Shown: positions 25,831-38,428 of the stretch, in pieces | Position numbering within the stretch: the stretch's first letter is position 1 | How the letters are laid out: each line of letters begins with the position of its first letter | Position numbers and translations under genes: made by a program | Notes under the pieces: model-generated | The model's database searches: none | Seen by the model: only the letters and a program-made list of their open reading frames with translations | Told to the model about the DNA's origin: nothing | NCBI RefSeq assembly: GCF_018977255.1 | Contig: NW_024704742.1 | Coordinates: forward strand, 100,008,001 to 100,072,000 | Reading direction: 5' to 3' | Length of the DNA: 64,000 nt | From: Callorhinchus milii | Lineage: Eukaryota

Positions 25831-27849
25831 ATATTATCAGAAACATACTCAAGCATCAATGCTGTTTGTAAAGATTGTTCAGCGGTACTGACAATTGATC
25901 AAATATGGAACACAAATGGAGGAGTAACTGTATTTCTTCACTGCGGGAGGAGTGGGTGATAAAATATCCCTTTTGTATCAAGTATGCCTTTGAGCCTGGA
26001 AGAGATGTGTCAAAGACATGAACCGCAGCACAGAGTCTCAGTTTGACCAACACAAGGAAGAAAAGCAATCCTTTCAGAACAAACAACTGCCTGGCTCACA
26101 GACCAATGAATCAGTTTCAAACTAAGTACAGTACCTGAAAGAGAAGCTAGCCATTAACAATGCAATGACAATGGAGTTGAGTAAATGGTAGCTCACCACC
26201 AGCTGGATCAGAGCATTTGCACTTTATAATCCAGCTGGTTAGAGATAGAAAGGGAAATTCATAAAATAGTGTATTTGTTAGTAAAGATGTTAAGAAAATA
26301 GAGCAATTATGTTGCCAAGTGCTGACAGGTGTGTTATTCCTTGTTGTTTTGAAAGAAAGCCAGATACCACAGTTGAATAATTGTATGCCTGCTCAGAGAT
26401 GAAAATAAAACAGCTGCCGTTTCTGGCTAAAGATGTGAAGAACAGTTAGCAGCTCAACTTATTCTTTCATGAGTTACATTTGCATGACTTTGCTTGATTT
26501 ACCACATACGTATGTGGTTGAGGGAAATATGTTGCGTTCTGGATCATATCAATGTACTTTCTCACAGTGCCTCAGTGTGTTGGGGGAGGCAGAATTTAAA
26601 CAGCAAGTGGAAAGCAGTCGTCCCCAAAGCAAGTCGGGGTTGTCATAAAAACGCATCAAGAATCACATTATTTCACAGGCCCACACTGTAACCATTTTCA
26701 AGGTGCCAGACCAGGGTAAAGGAACATTAATCATTCACCTCCACAGTGTATATAAAGATATTTGTGAAAAAATCTTTGAATAGAAATTACTTCCTCATTT
26801 GGAATGACAAAGTGAGCTTTTTCTGTTTCACATGGTAAATTGATATTTCTCAAGTCTTCGTACCAACAGAGACCAAAACACTCAAGTCCTAAAAGATACC
26901 AGATGCAACGGGGCACAGTTTGCATTTCAAAGCTGCACTCTAAAAGCAAATGCAGATGAATGAATCAACAGGCAAAAATATCCCACAATATTCACAGCCT
27001 AAATTTGCATAATATTTGGAATTTATGAAGCCTGATGAGAAACAGCAAGTGTGGACGGAGGGCAGTAATAATTGATCTAGTTGGAAATAGATCACATCGA
27101 AGCAGAGTTCCGATAGGTCAACCTGACATACTCCCCATTTCCGGTGGAACTCAATGTTTCCAAATTCTGACTCTAGGTTGCAAATACAGTGTTGGTTTTT
27201 GAACCTCCTGCTAACTAGTTTGTCAAGAAATGTGACTTCAGTCAAGAATTCTACCAAGTGCAGATAAAAAAAAATGAGAATTGCTGGTTATGGTTTTAAA
27301 GTCTGCTGACTGTGAAATCTGAAATATATTCGGTGTTCAACATGACACAGGAAAATTGGAGAAAATATGTTTACACATAGAATTTGGATCCTAATTGCTT
27401 TTGAATCTGAGTTTGATATGAGGAAAGTGGCTAGACAAAGGTTTGGCACAGTGTAATTTAGCAATACAATTTGCACAAAATGCAAAATGATTCTGAAAAT
27501 GGTTCACAGATTATCATGAAAAAAGAGACACCGAGTTACTCTGGCTCTGGTCTCTCCAGAACAAAACACAATCTCTTTATTAAACTTGCTATGAACACTA
27601 GTCTGGTATGCATTAAGTAAATTGCACATCAATGGGACTTGCTCTAACATGAATTGTTTTGATCTTTTATTTCACTGATAAACCATGTTGTGTTTAGTTT
27701 CCTTTGGGGAAGGGTGTAAAGCAGTCAGTGTTAATCAACTGCAAATCTTATACTGGATTTTAACTCCTAGACAGACAGATCAAATGAAGTTCTGTCTCAG
27801 GCACTTTTTGTTATTAGGTACCAAAGTCTGTGCTTCACACTCAGATCAA

Positions 27850-28395
27850 AACCATACCTAATATGAAGCCCAAAATCTGCTGTCTCAACCCTCTTTCCAC
27901 CCATCTGTTGGTCACCCACCTCCCACTCCTCTGTCTCTCGCTGGCAGACACTGTTAATCTGTTCCTCTCCTCAGGATCCGTCCCACTACCATTCAAAACC
28001 ATTATCATCACTCCCCTCCTGAAAAAACCCACCCTTGATCCTTCTAACTTTGCAAACCACTGACCCATTTCAAACTTGCCCTTCATTTCTAAAATCCTGG
28101 AACACATTGATGGCGACCAACTTCGCTCACACTTCTCCCTACACTCCCTATTCGAGTCCCTCCAGTCTGGATTCTGCCCTACTTTCAGCACCGAGACATT
28201 GCTTGTCAAATTCACAAATGACGTCCTCTTTCTCTGTGACCAGGGCTCCCTTGACCTCCTTGTGATCCTGGATCTCTCTGCTGCCTTCAACACAGTCGTT
28301 CATTGCCATCCTCCTCCACCACCTATCCTCCCTCAGCTACCTCAGTGGGATCGCACTTGCCTGGTCCGAGTCCTCCTTAACCAACCATCATATCA
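27850..28395 (+). mobile_element. L2 ORF2 (RT) fragment, 5' part of a split element
   Basis: SSGSVPLPFKTIIITPLLKKPTLDP..PFISKILEH..QSGF..STETLL..LDLSAAFNTV (ORFs 27830 and 28076). Confidence 0.93.
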
Positions 28396-30226
28396 AGACA
28401 GATTGTAAGAACTTTTACAAGTATATACAGAGGAAGAGATTAACAAAATTAAATGTGGGTCCCTTATAGGCCGAGACAGGAGAAATTACAATGGGGAATA
28501 AAGAAATGGCAGAGTCGCTAAACAAATATTTTGCTTCTGTCTTCATGTTAGAAGATGCTAAAAGCTTACCAAAAATAGTGGGGAACCAAGAGACTAATGT
28601 TAGTGAGGAACTTAAAGAAATGAATATCAGTAAAGTAATAGTACTAGAGAAAATGATGGGACTAAAAACTGATAAATCCCCTGGACCTGATGGCCTGCAT
28701 CCTAGGGTTTTAAAAGAGGTGGCTGCAGAGATAGTGGATGCATTGTTTTTGATCTTCCAAAATTTTCTGGATTCTGGAATGGTTCCCGTTGATTGGAAGA
28801 TCGCAAATGTAACACTGCTATTTCAGAAGGGTGGGAGAGAAAAAATGGGGAACTATAGACCAATTAACCTGACATCGGCGGTAGGGAAAGTTCTAGAGTC
28901 TGTAATTAGGGACGTCGCCATGAGGCACTTAGAAAGTCATCATATGATTAGGCAGTCAACACGGTTTTATGAAAGGGAAATCATGTTTAACAAATCTTTT
29001 AGAGTTTTTGAAGATGTAACTAGCAGTGGATATGGTATATTTGGATTTTCAGAAGGCATTCGACAAGGTGCCGCATAAAAGGTTGTTACATAAGATTAGG
29101 GCTCATGGAATTTAGGGTAATATATTAGCATGGATCGAAGACTGATTAACAGGCAGAAAACAGAGAGTAGGGATAAACGGGTCCTTCTCAGATTAGCAGG
29201 TTATGACTAGTGGGTGCCACAAGGATCAATGCTTGGGCCTTAATTGTTTATAGTCTACATGAATGATTTAGATGAGGAAATAGAGCTTAATGTATCTAAA
29301 TTTGAGGACGATACAAAGCTAGGTGGGAAAGTAATCTGTGAGGAGGACACAAGGAGGATGCAAAGGGATATAGACAGGTCAAGTGAGTGGGAAAGAAGGC
29401 GGCAGATGGAGTATAATGTGGGGAAGTGTGAAGTTATTCACCTAGGTAGAAAAAATAGAAAAGCAGATTATTTTCTAGAGGGGGAGAGACTAGTGTAGGT
29501 ATTCAAAGGGATTTAGGTGTCCTTGTACACCAATCACAGAGAGTTAGTTTACAGGTACAGCAAGCAACTAGGAAGGCTAATAGCATGTTAGTATTTATTG
29601 CAAAGGGGTTAGAGTACAAGAGTAGGGAAGTCTTGATGCAATTGTCCAGGGCCTTGGTGAGACTGCACCTAGAATATTATGTGCAGTTTTGATCTCCTTA
29701 TCTAAGAGAGGATATACTTGCCTTAGAGTGGGTTCAACTTAGGTTCACTAAGTTGGTTCCTGGGATGAGGGGGTTGACCTAAGAGAAGAGGTTGAGTAGA
29801 CTAGGCCTATGTTCTCTAGAATATAGAAGAATTAGAGATGATCTTACAGAAACCTATAAGATTCTTAAGGGTTTTGACAGGGTAGATATTGTGAGACTGT
29901 TTCCCCTGGTTAGAGAATCTAAAACTAGGAGTCATAGTCTCAGGATTAAAGATCAGCCTTTTAGAACTGAGTTGAGAAAACATTTCTTCACTCAGAGAGT
30001 AGTGAATTTATGGAATTCTCTACCCCAGAAAGCTGTGGATGCTCATTCATTGAACATATTCAAGACTGAGATTGATAGATTTTTAAAAACTAAAGGGATT
30101 AAGGGATATGGGGATAGGGCAGGCAAATGGAATTAGGTTAGAAGATCAGCCATAATCTTATTAAATGGCAGGGCAGGCTTGAGGAGCTGAATGGCCGACT
30201 CCTGCTCCTATTTCTTATGTTCTTAT
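28396..30226 (+). mobile_element. CR1 LINE, 5'-truncated 1.8 kb, disrupted RT ORF2
   Basis: KSPGPDGLHPRVLKE..NYRPINLTS..YMNDLD..SKFEDDTKLGG..FFTQRVVNLWNSLP, frameshifts and stops, 3' end cctatttcttatgttcttat. Confidence 0.96.
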
Positions 30227-30740
30227 CACTTTGCCTCTGCAAAGTCTTTTCCTCCTGCCCCGCACAGTTACCTGCAGCATACAAATGCTATTATTGCATT
30301 TAGAACCTCCTGCTAACTAGTTTATCAAGAAATGTAACTTCAGTCAACAATTCTACAAAATGCAGATTAAAAAAAAGATTCCATCCTCTGCCCCTTCTTT
30401 TCCTTATTTACATGCTCCCTCTCGGTAATGTCATACACAACATCCATATGTATACGGACGACACCCAAATCTACTTTTTCTCCTCCAGCTGTGATCCCAG
30501 ATCCTGATGATCAGTCCTCTTGCTTGTCACACATCAAAGCCTGGACGAGTGCCAACTTTCTGTAGCTGAATGTTGACAAGACGGAGGCCATACTTCTTGG
30601 CTTCCGTCAATGTCTTCTCACCTGTGGCTCTGACATCCTTAACCTCCCCAGCCTATGCCTCAATCCCTCTACCTTGCCTCTTCCTTCCCCGTCTTCCGAT
30701 CACACCTGAAGATCTTCCTCTTTGACCATGCTCTTTGACC
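30227..30740 (+). mobile_element. L2 continuation (3' part of the element split by CR1)
   Basis: SILCPFFFLIYMLPLG..HMYTDDTQIY..IKAWTSANFL*LNVDKTEAILLG. Confidence 0.88.
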
Positions 30741-30904
30741 AACCTTTCATCCCCTCATCCATGGCATGCTACCCTGTGAAAGTTGATGTCAAAAAATATT
30801 AAATCAATTCAAATTCTGGCATCAATAAAATAAAATGGGGGAGAGATAAAAAAGCATCATGTAATGTGATAGTTTTCCCTATGATTTGCTATAATGCTTT
30901 TCTC

Positions 30905-31298
30905 AGGTATCAGTTTGCTCAGTTCACCTCTGGGTCAGAAGCCTGCGGATTCAAGCCCCACATTAGGACAGGAGCTCATAGTCTAGACTGATATGGCAGT
31001 GCTAAAGCTAAGGGAACAATACATGTTTGAAAATTCTGTCTTTTGGATAAGATGTTAAGCCAAGGTCCCCTGCCTGTTCTTCAGGTGGTTGTTAAACATC
31101 CCATGATATGAAAACAGAAGGGAGCTTCCTGGCCAACAATCCTCCAGAAAGATTAATCATTCACCTTGTGGCTGTTTGTGGCATCTTGGATGTGTACAAT
31201 GCCTGTGCATTTGGCTGCAAAACAAGTCACTTCACTTACCAGCAATTTCTGTGAAGTATTTTTGACCTGATAAGGTGCTATAAAAATGGCAGTTCTTT
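30905..31298 (+). mobile_element. Degenerate DeuSINE-type SINE
   Basis: ctctgggtcagaag..ttcaagcccca head, gatgttaagccaaggtccc core, tail. Confidence 0.7.
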
Positions 31299-33933
31299 CA
31301 GTCTTTCTAATGTTAGTTTTTTTTTGTTTGATTACTTATGCAGAGTATTATCCTTCCTGAACTGTACAATTATGTAAAAGAAAGGTTGATTTAAAAAAAT
31401 CTTAAACAGAAACCCGCAAGTCAGATATAATTTTATACTTGAAAACATGGTTCACGCATTCAAAATATTTTTCTTGGATGGGATAACTAAGAGAGACATA
31501 CAGCATGCAACAGAAGATTTCTGTGAAAATGCATTTCCATATCCCCTTGAGGGCTCTTTTCATCCGGTAAATGTGCAGACGTGTGACATAATTGTTAACA
31601 TAGCTGGCTACCAGATGAAGTGAATGTCTGTAAACTGCTAAGGCCTCTTCTTTCAATCCAGCTAAAGATGCATTTAACACAGAAGCTTCTCGTGACCTGT
31701 GATTTACAGTTCAAAAGGTTTGTGTAAAATTATTTGGATGGACAGAGAGCAAAGGGGGAAGAATGGAGAGGGAAAGGCCAAGTGCACACATTATAAACAG
31801 CTCGTGTAATGAATTGAAAGGAGGTGAGATACCCTTGGACATTGCACAAGGATCACTTTAAATTGTATCTGAACACAGAAACAAATGCTTTATAAGAAAC
31901 TAGGTTATCATGTGTGCGAGAAACTCTCTTAGGCACACAGAACTGAGGAAATGATACACAGGGAAAAAAACAGACATTAACCTTCATATAATGAATGACT
32001 TCCGTTAGAGTTGAAGTCGGCACAGCGAGAAATGACAACAATCCCCTTCATCTAAAACATAAAAAATTGAAAAACTGAAAGGCAAAATTATGGGAGTATA
32101 TGAAGAAAATACAAGCAATGGACTATGAGCGTGGCAAGCTTGCTGAGTTGGGTCAGAGCAAAAACAAGAATTATTTATACTTTTACAGCATCGCCAGCTG
32201 CCTTCAACTTGTGTCCTGTAATGAAAACACCGCAGAGATGATTATCTTTCAAACCATCTGTTGACGTTGGCCTTGGTAAACAAATGGCTGCTCGCAGCAG
32301 GAAAATGAATGAGGCGCACTGAGGTGGCTAGTGGTGCATACTGTGAGCCACCACCTGACAGGTCTCTCTAGTAGTTGCCAGCATGGTGCCTCCCCTAAGC
32401 TGTGAGAGTGATAAAACAACTCAGCATCTTGTTTGCAATTTGTGGCAAGAGCAGGACCTTGTCTCAAGTTGTTTGTTCCCAGTGGTCAGACTGCTCCTGA
32501 CATACTCTTTTATTGTAATTGAAACAATGCAATAAAAACTGAAGCAACGGCGGATGAGACAGAGAGAAGAGGAACAGAATTGTTTACCAAGGACATGCTC
32601 TTACGCATGTTGCAAGGCTCACTTGTGTGTGTCTTTGTGCATTTCCATTATAGGCATAACACCCGTTAACCTGAAGAGCATAATAGGCAACGGATTGAAC
32701 CAAATATATACACAGACATATCGCATTTACGGTAGTTATTAGACATATCAAGCATAGGGTGGTGAAAAATAAGACTTGTGATATAATAATCATCAGCAGA
32801 GGTATCACAATGTCAGAAATTACAGCCCAAAATTGTAGTCTTCACTTATTCACTAGTTTCATTGCAAGGTTTTGAACAAACGTCTGCGACTCATATCAGC
32901 ACAGCTGCTGTCCGCATGCCCAGTGCAGCCTCCAAGGATACCATCCAAGTTTGACAAAACTCATAAATTGCAAAAGTCCTATTAAATGCGTGGTCCCATC
33001 AAATATGACTTGTGAGGTTTATCGTACCACATTCCAAGTCAACTTGCTGTTTTTGTATTCCTGTCTAGTTCCAGATCTGTAATATTCATTTCAAACAACT
33101 ACAGTAGTACGCAGAAAAAAGAATTAGCTGATATGAGATATACCAAGTGCATGAGTGGAACATCAATTGTCGATAGAAATGTAACCACCAAGTCGTTCAT
33201 TCTGAGACAACTTTAGAGAAGAAGCAACCATCCCAACCAAAGCAATGAGGAGAGTGCCTAGAAGAGATGAATTACCATCTTCTCCCTCTGATTACACCTC
33301 TACTATAAGTTTTATATGGAGGTGGGAAGGAGGCAAATGCGACATGTGAGTCGATAATTATCCCAAAAAAACATTACCGTATTGCTGAATCTCACAGACC
33401 AAAACGATCTTCAAATTTGTCACTGGTTTGGGGTGTGAACATTTCCTCCCCCTTGGTCCAAGCTGGCAGAAGCCCCTGACTGCCAATCCTCCCTCTACCA
33501 CCCCATCTCACCCCCTCTCTTTAGAAAGGATTATTATTATTATCTAATCTCTTGACCATTCCTAAGTTTATTTCCCCACCTCCCCTTTCTCCCTTACTCA
33601 GGGTTTGACCCCACCACCCCATCTTTGTGAAGTGTTATCCCACATGAAATGTGCAATATAAAAACAAATTGCTTTTGTTTGTGTTCCTGTTGTGCCACCC
33701 ACAAAGTGTTTCAGTGTCTGCTCTTCAGGAGTTCTCAACCTGCTGACTCTGGTTGTATATCATATGGTGTCACTCCACGTGGAGGACGAGGGTCAGAGAG
33801 TGGGAGGAGCTAACAAGGCAACCATCAGAACCTTTATCAGCTGGTTTTGAGCGAATAATCGTATCGAAGTCATTGGTTTCAGGTTGGTGGGGGGGTGTTC
33901 ACAACGGAATCAGTTTGACTCGTATATTTTGGT

Positions 33934-33997
33934 GAGCGCTCTGAGACATCGTCCGGCGTGGAGGGTGCTATATAAATCCAAGTTGTTGTTGTTGTTG
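33934..33997 (+). mobile_element. L2-type 3' tail (third variant)
   Basis: gcgctctgagacatcgtccggcgtggagggtgctatataaatccaag(TTG)n, near-identical to 62815-62860. Confidence 0.8.
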
Positions 33998-34224
33998 TGA
34001 TGTGATAATTCTCACGATACATTTTCATCAGATTTTTGCCCATAGTTTAATAGGGTCATCATGTCCAAATCCTTTGCAAAAGCTAGACGTAAGGGTCACA
34101 AGTAAACTTGAATTACATTCCCCAAAGCCTCAAACCCACAATCTTCTGACCTGAGATGGGAGGTTCTTACCATCTGACACCTAAAATGAAATATTAAATG
34201 TCATTTTAAATGACAAATGAGTTT

Positions 34225-34465
34225 TGAGGTTAACGAATGATCTGATTTAGGTTTTCAAAAAGAAATTGACAGCTTGATAGGGAATAACCCTTCCCTCTAG
34301 TAGAGGAATCCAACACAAGAGATATTCAATAAATTAAAGAGAAAAAGTGAGTCCACAAAAATCATTTCTTCACTTGAAGGGTCATGAGAAGGTATGATGG
34401 ACTCACGGCCACAAATAGAGAAACAGTTGAGATGTTGAAGATGGATTTAGATAGGTGCTTGGAAA
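34225..34465 (+). mobile_element. Degenerate CR1 3' fragment
   Basis: gatctgatttaggttttcaaa..ttccctctagtagaggaatcc..tttcttcac. Confidence 0.6.
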
Positions 34466-34489
34466 GTACTACCACCTATAAATCCATTC

Positions 34490-34803
34490 AAGCTCCAGCA
34501 CCTTCCTACCTCTGTAGTCTTCTCACCGTCTCTGCTTAGCAAATTCGGGCTTCCTATGAGTCTCCCACCCCCCACTCTGTCACCATTGATGGCTGAGTCT
34601 TCAGCAACTGTACCCCTAGTCTCTGAAACTCCCTCGAACCCTTCTGCCCCCCTCTCTATTTGTCTTGAAATCCCATTTAAAAACCTATGTTTTCAATCAC
34701 CATTTCCCCCCTTTTCCTTGTTCGGCACCTGATAGTCTTTCTGAAGTACTTGAGCCATATTTATATAGCGAGTTATATATTTAAACGCAAGTTATTGTTG
34801 TTG
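34490..34803 (+). mobile_element. Degenerate L2 3' end
   Basis: caccattgatggctgagtcttcagc..ctctgaaactccctc..tail ttattgttgttg. Confidence 0.7.
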
Positions 34804-36702
34804 TGAAGCTACTAAAAGACATGCAGAACAGGAGGAGAAATGGGATTCGAAAGATAAGGAAAGCTGAGATTAACTAACAGAACGGCCCAGAAGGTTCAAC
34901 CACACAACGATGCTGTGGCCCTAGCTGACAGTCACACTGCTCTCCTATCCTGTACGCATATTTTATTAAGGATATTGAACACATCAAAACCAGGCTTCTT
35001 AAAAGCTAATGTCCTGGAGTTTCTCTTGCCTCTTTGGCCACATTATGTTTTGCCTTCTGTAGACTTGCATGGCGATTTAAGATGTACTGTACTTTATCAT
35101 TATCACTAGCACTATCTTTGGAGTCGAAGGCCTCGCAAATTGATTACAAAAGAGGCAGCCTCTGGAACAAATCAGCATTAATTATGTATTTTCTAATAAC
35201 TTTCAATAAGACATGTAGGAATACTGCACTCATTACAATACAGAAGTACAATAATCCACTACAGAGTGATTAGGTTACTGTAATTTATCAGAAGAACTTC
35301 CAAGAATCACCCACCAGATCGGAGCAAAGTGTGGAAAAAGTAATTAAACATTAAATTAAAAAGACAATGTTCAATAAATTAAAAAATGTTCGTACGTAAG
35401 GATGCTAGCATTTAACTTGTGGTTATATTGACAGAACAAAGCTGGTCATCAGGGCTCTCTTTATTCAAACCACCCTTACAATCTCTTGTGATCTTGAGAT
35501 GTCTACAGGGAAAAAAGGTTATTAATATTTGTGAAATTACAGATCACACACAAAATGTAGCCATGCCTATCAANTTTTTGGTGACTTAAAAATGCACAGT
35601 CACTACACTGTATAGCAAATCCTGTGAAGCGCCTTGATGGCCTCCTGATGCGAAATGCCCTAGATTAAATGTAAGGATTATTATTATTATACNAAAAAAC
35701 TTCAGTTTACTATTTACTTTTATTATCCTTATATTGAAACTAGGATCTTGGGTTTTCTACACTTCCTCACAGACCAAATTTTCTCAGCTTTTCAGAATTT
35801 TAAATGCCTCGTTTCCCCTCAGTCTACTCTTTTGCCAATGTAAATGTAAATTCTATTGTAATCTGTCTGATAGATCTTCCCATAAATTCTGGAATGAATC
35901 TCGGAATACTTGACTGCATTCAGTTCCACCAATGAATGCAGTGATTTTTTTAAAGAAGGGAGGCATTCAACTTACATTTTTGTAGCCCTTGGCATAAAGT
36001 AAACAATCCCAAAGTGCTTCAACTGAATAAGATTAGATAGAAATAAAGCGAATGCTGTACTTGAGGCAACTAGACCAAAATTGAAGGCTGTTAATCCAGC
36101 AGATGTGGTCTCACCAAGGCCAACAGCAACTCCATTGGAGTTAAATAGGATAAAATGAAAGCAATGTTTTTGACTAAAACTATTTCAAAAGTGTTAAAAA
36201 AATAATGGAATAGACAAGCTACCACCTGTGTATATAACATGAGATTGCTTCACAAACCCCCATGAGTATCTGATGGTACAAAGCCAAAAGGATGGTAAGT
36301 GACCTTAGAAAGCACAAAATGCTTCATTATACTGTAATTTCAAGGTGAGAACATACATCAGTATAATGGGATACTGAAGAATGAAAAAGCTTTATGCCTC
36401 TAAATCTTTGACAATGCTAATATTGTTTGCTTCTTTATTTGATCCCTTGTATTTGCCTAATATAAAAGCAAAACAAGATCTTCAGGAGAGCTGAGGCACA
36501 CATCCCCCACTCTGCTTACAAGGAATTGCTTGCTGTATTTTTCCATTAAAACATTTTGACTAAAAATGTTACATTTTTTCAGGTTTACTTGCAATTCCCC
36601 CCATACATGGAAAATGTCGATTTATTCTTGAATGCTGGATAGATATTCATTTAAAAGAATATATTTCTTCATTTTAAAATATGGAATAGGCAGATGTCAG
36701 AA

Positions 36703-36995
36703 TGTTGGGCAGGTTTCCTTCCTCCACATGTCTCTGTTCACCTAGCAGTAAGTAGGAACCCGGTTGTTAGTTGATTGACGGATCGTTTTACCGGAGGTAA
36801 TAATCCCTTCAAAAATAAATGAAACCATAATTTGGTTACTCAATCCATGACTTTTGTGAGACACTGCTGTGCAATTGGCTGCTGTGTTTTGCCCACAAAA
36901 TATACAGTCAATTCACTTTACAGTATATTCTGTGGAGTGCTTTGAAACATCTCAAAGACATGATAAGGCGCTTTATCAAATGCAAGGATTATTAT
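36703..36995 (+). mobile_element. 5'-truncated SINE, long variant
   Basis: ctctgttcacctagcagtaagtaggaacccgg segment, body and tail. Confidence 0.9.
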
Positions 36996-37099
36996 CAATA
37001 GGTAGGAAATATTACATTTCACTTACAAAGAAATGACCTTGGGTGGTGAAAAGAAGTGGATTTTTACATCGGTAAAGGAAATAAAAAGCCTTAAACCAG

Positions 37100-37300
37100 A
37101 AATGGTAGTGCGGTGGGAATGATACAAGACTAGAAACCCAGTGGTCATGAACTTGAATCCTGCTATGGCAGTTGCAAAATCTGAATTTAAAATTCATAAG
37201 GAGTTTGAGCAGCACTAGAAATGCCAAGAATCCCAGTTGGTTCAATAGGGAAGGAATAGGCCAGCGTTACCTTACATGTGACTCAATCCCACACTATAAT
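37100..37300 (+). mobile_element. Old SINE-like remnant of a different family
   Basis: gactagaaacccag..ttgaatcctgctatggcag..agggaagga..tacatgtgactc resembles a common shark repeat (recalled, not searched). Confidence 0.45.
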
Positions 37301-38069
37301 GCTTAAAATAAAATCAGTTTGGATGAAAAATACCCTTTGGCCCAAATAATCTCATCCATCCACCACACCCAGGTTACAATCCTCTCATCACAGCATTAAG
37401 AATTTTTAAAAAATTAATCTCAGTGGCCTGGCCTTAACCAGTCTTCCTGGCAATTTGTGCCAGTCGTTAATTATATTCTGGGTAAACTTGATCTGTCCTG
37501 AAATTGCTGAGCTCTCTTTGGAAGATTGTGTTGCCTCCCCTGACAGCATGATAAGGTGCTATATCAAACACAAGGATTATTATATTATTCTCTGCCTGTG
37601 CTTGCCTCTGCCTGTGTGAGTAGATGTAACTCTTGCAATATAATGAAGGCTAGTAGATACGCATTAGATATACTGTATTCAGAGAAGTTTGTACAAGTAT
37701 GTTGAACATCAGTAACATGCCACTGGAAATCAAGGACAAAGCATAAAGATAAAGTGAAACCATGACTGTGTGTGAGTGAATCTAAGTCCATCTAGGCAGA
37801 CTGCTGGGTAGAGATATTGTGTTTACTGCTAATGCCCACAAGGCTAGAGACTGCGGGTGGAATAACTTTCTTAACACAACTCCCATAATAGGCCGATATA
37901 TTCTGAAAAATAGTGTTCTGTCTAGAACTTCACACAAGTCTCTATTCAGAAGTAATTCACTTCAGACAAAATACAAACAGCCTTGGCAATGGTCTTGAAA
38001 ATGAGAATGCAGAAATATCAAACAATCACTAAGGAAAATAATTCTACATTCATCAATTCAGAATTATTA

Positions 38070-38428
38070 CTATCCCCCTACCTACCTTCCTCTGGCTCCA
38101 GTCTGCTCCACATCCCCTGCCCCAACCGCCCTACCATCGGTGGCCGGGCTTTCAGCCTCTCAGCCCCCAGGCTCTGGAACTCCATCCCCCAGTGCCTTCG
38201 CCGCTTCTTCCCTTTCCTCCTTCAAGGCCGGTCTCAAGACCTTTCTCTTAGTCTGTGCCTTCAGCTCCCCTCTCGACTCTCTTCCCCCTCCTCGCTCCCT
38301 CCCTTCCCTCCCCTCACCCTGACCATTTCCCCCCTGCTCGGGTCCTGACCCAACTGTCCAGCGCCTTGGGACGTCCTCCCGACGTGAAAGGCGCTCTATA
38401 AATGGAATCTTGTTGTTGCTGTTGTTGT
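38070..38428 (+). mobile_element. Young L2 3' end
   Basis: RPTIGGRAFSLSAPRLWNSIPQ, C-rich 3'UTR, stem-loop, (TTG)n. Confidence 0.95.

Noticed and set aside
27032..27045. Other CTGATGA hits (6820, 7153, 23294, 27033, 30503, 47482) as hammerhead cores
   Set aside because: None has a stem II followed by GAAA and closing helices
28491..30136. Longest ORFs (195, 84 and 114 aa) as a host gene
   Set aside because: Pieces of one frameshifted CR1 reverse transcriptase
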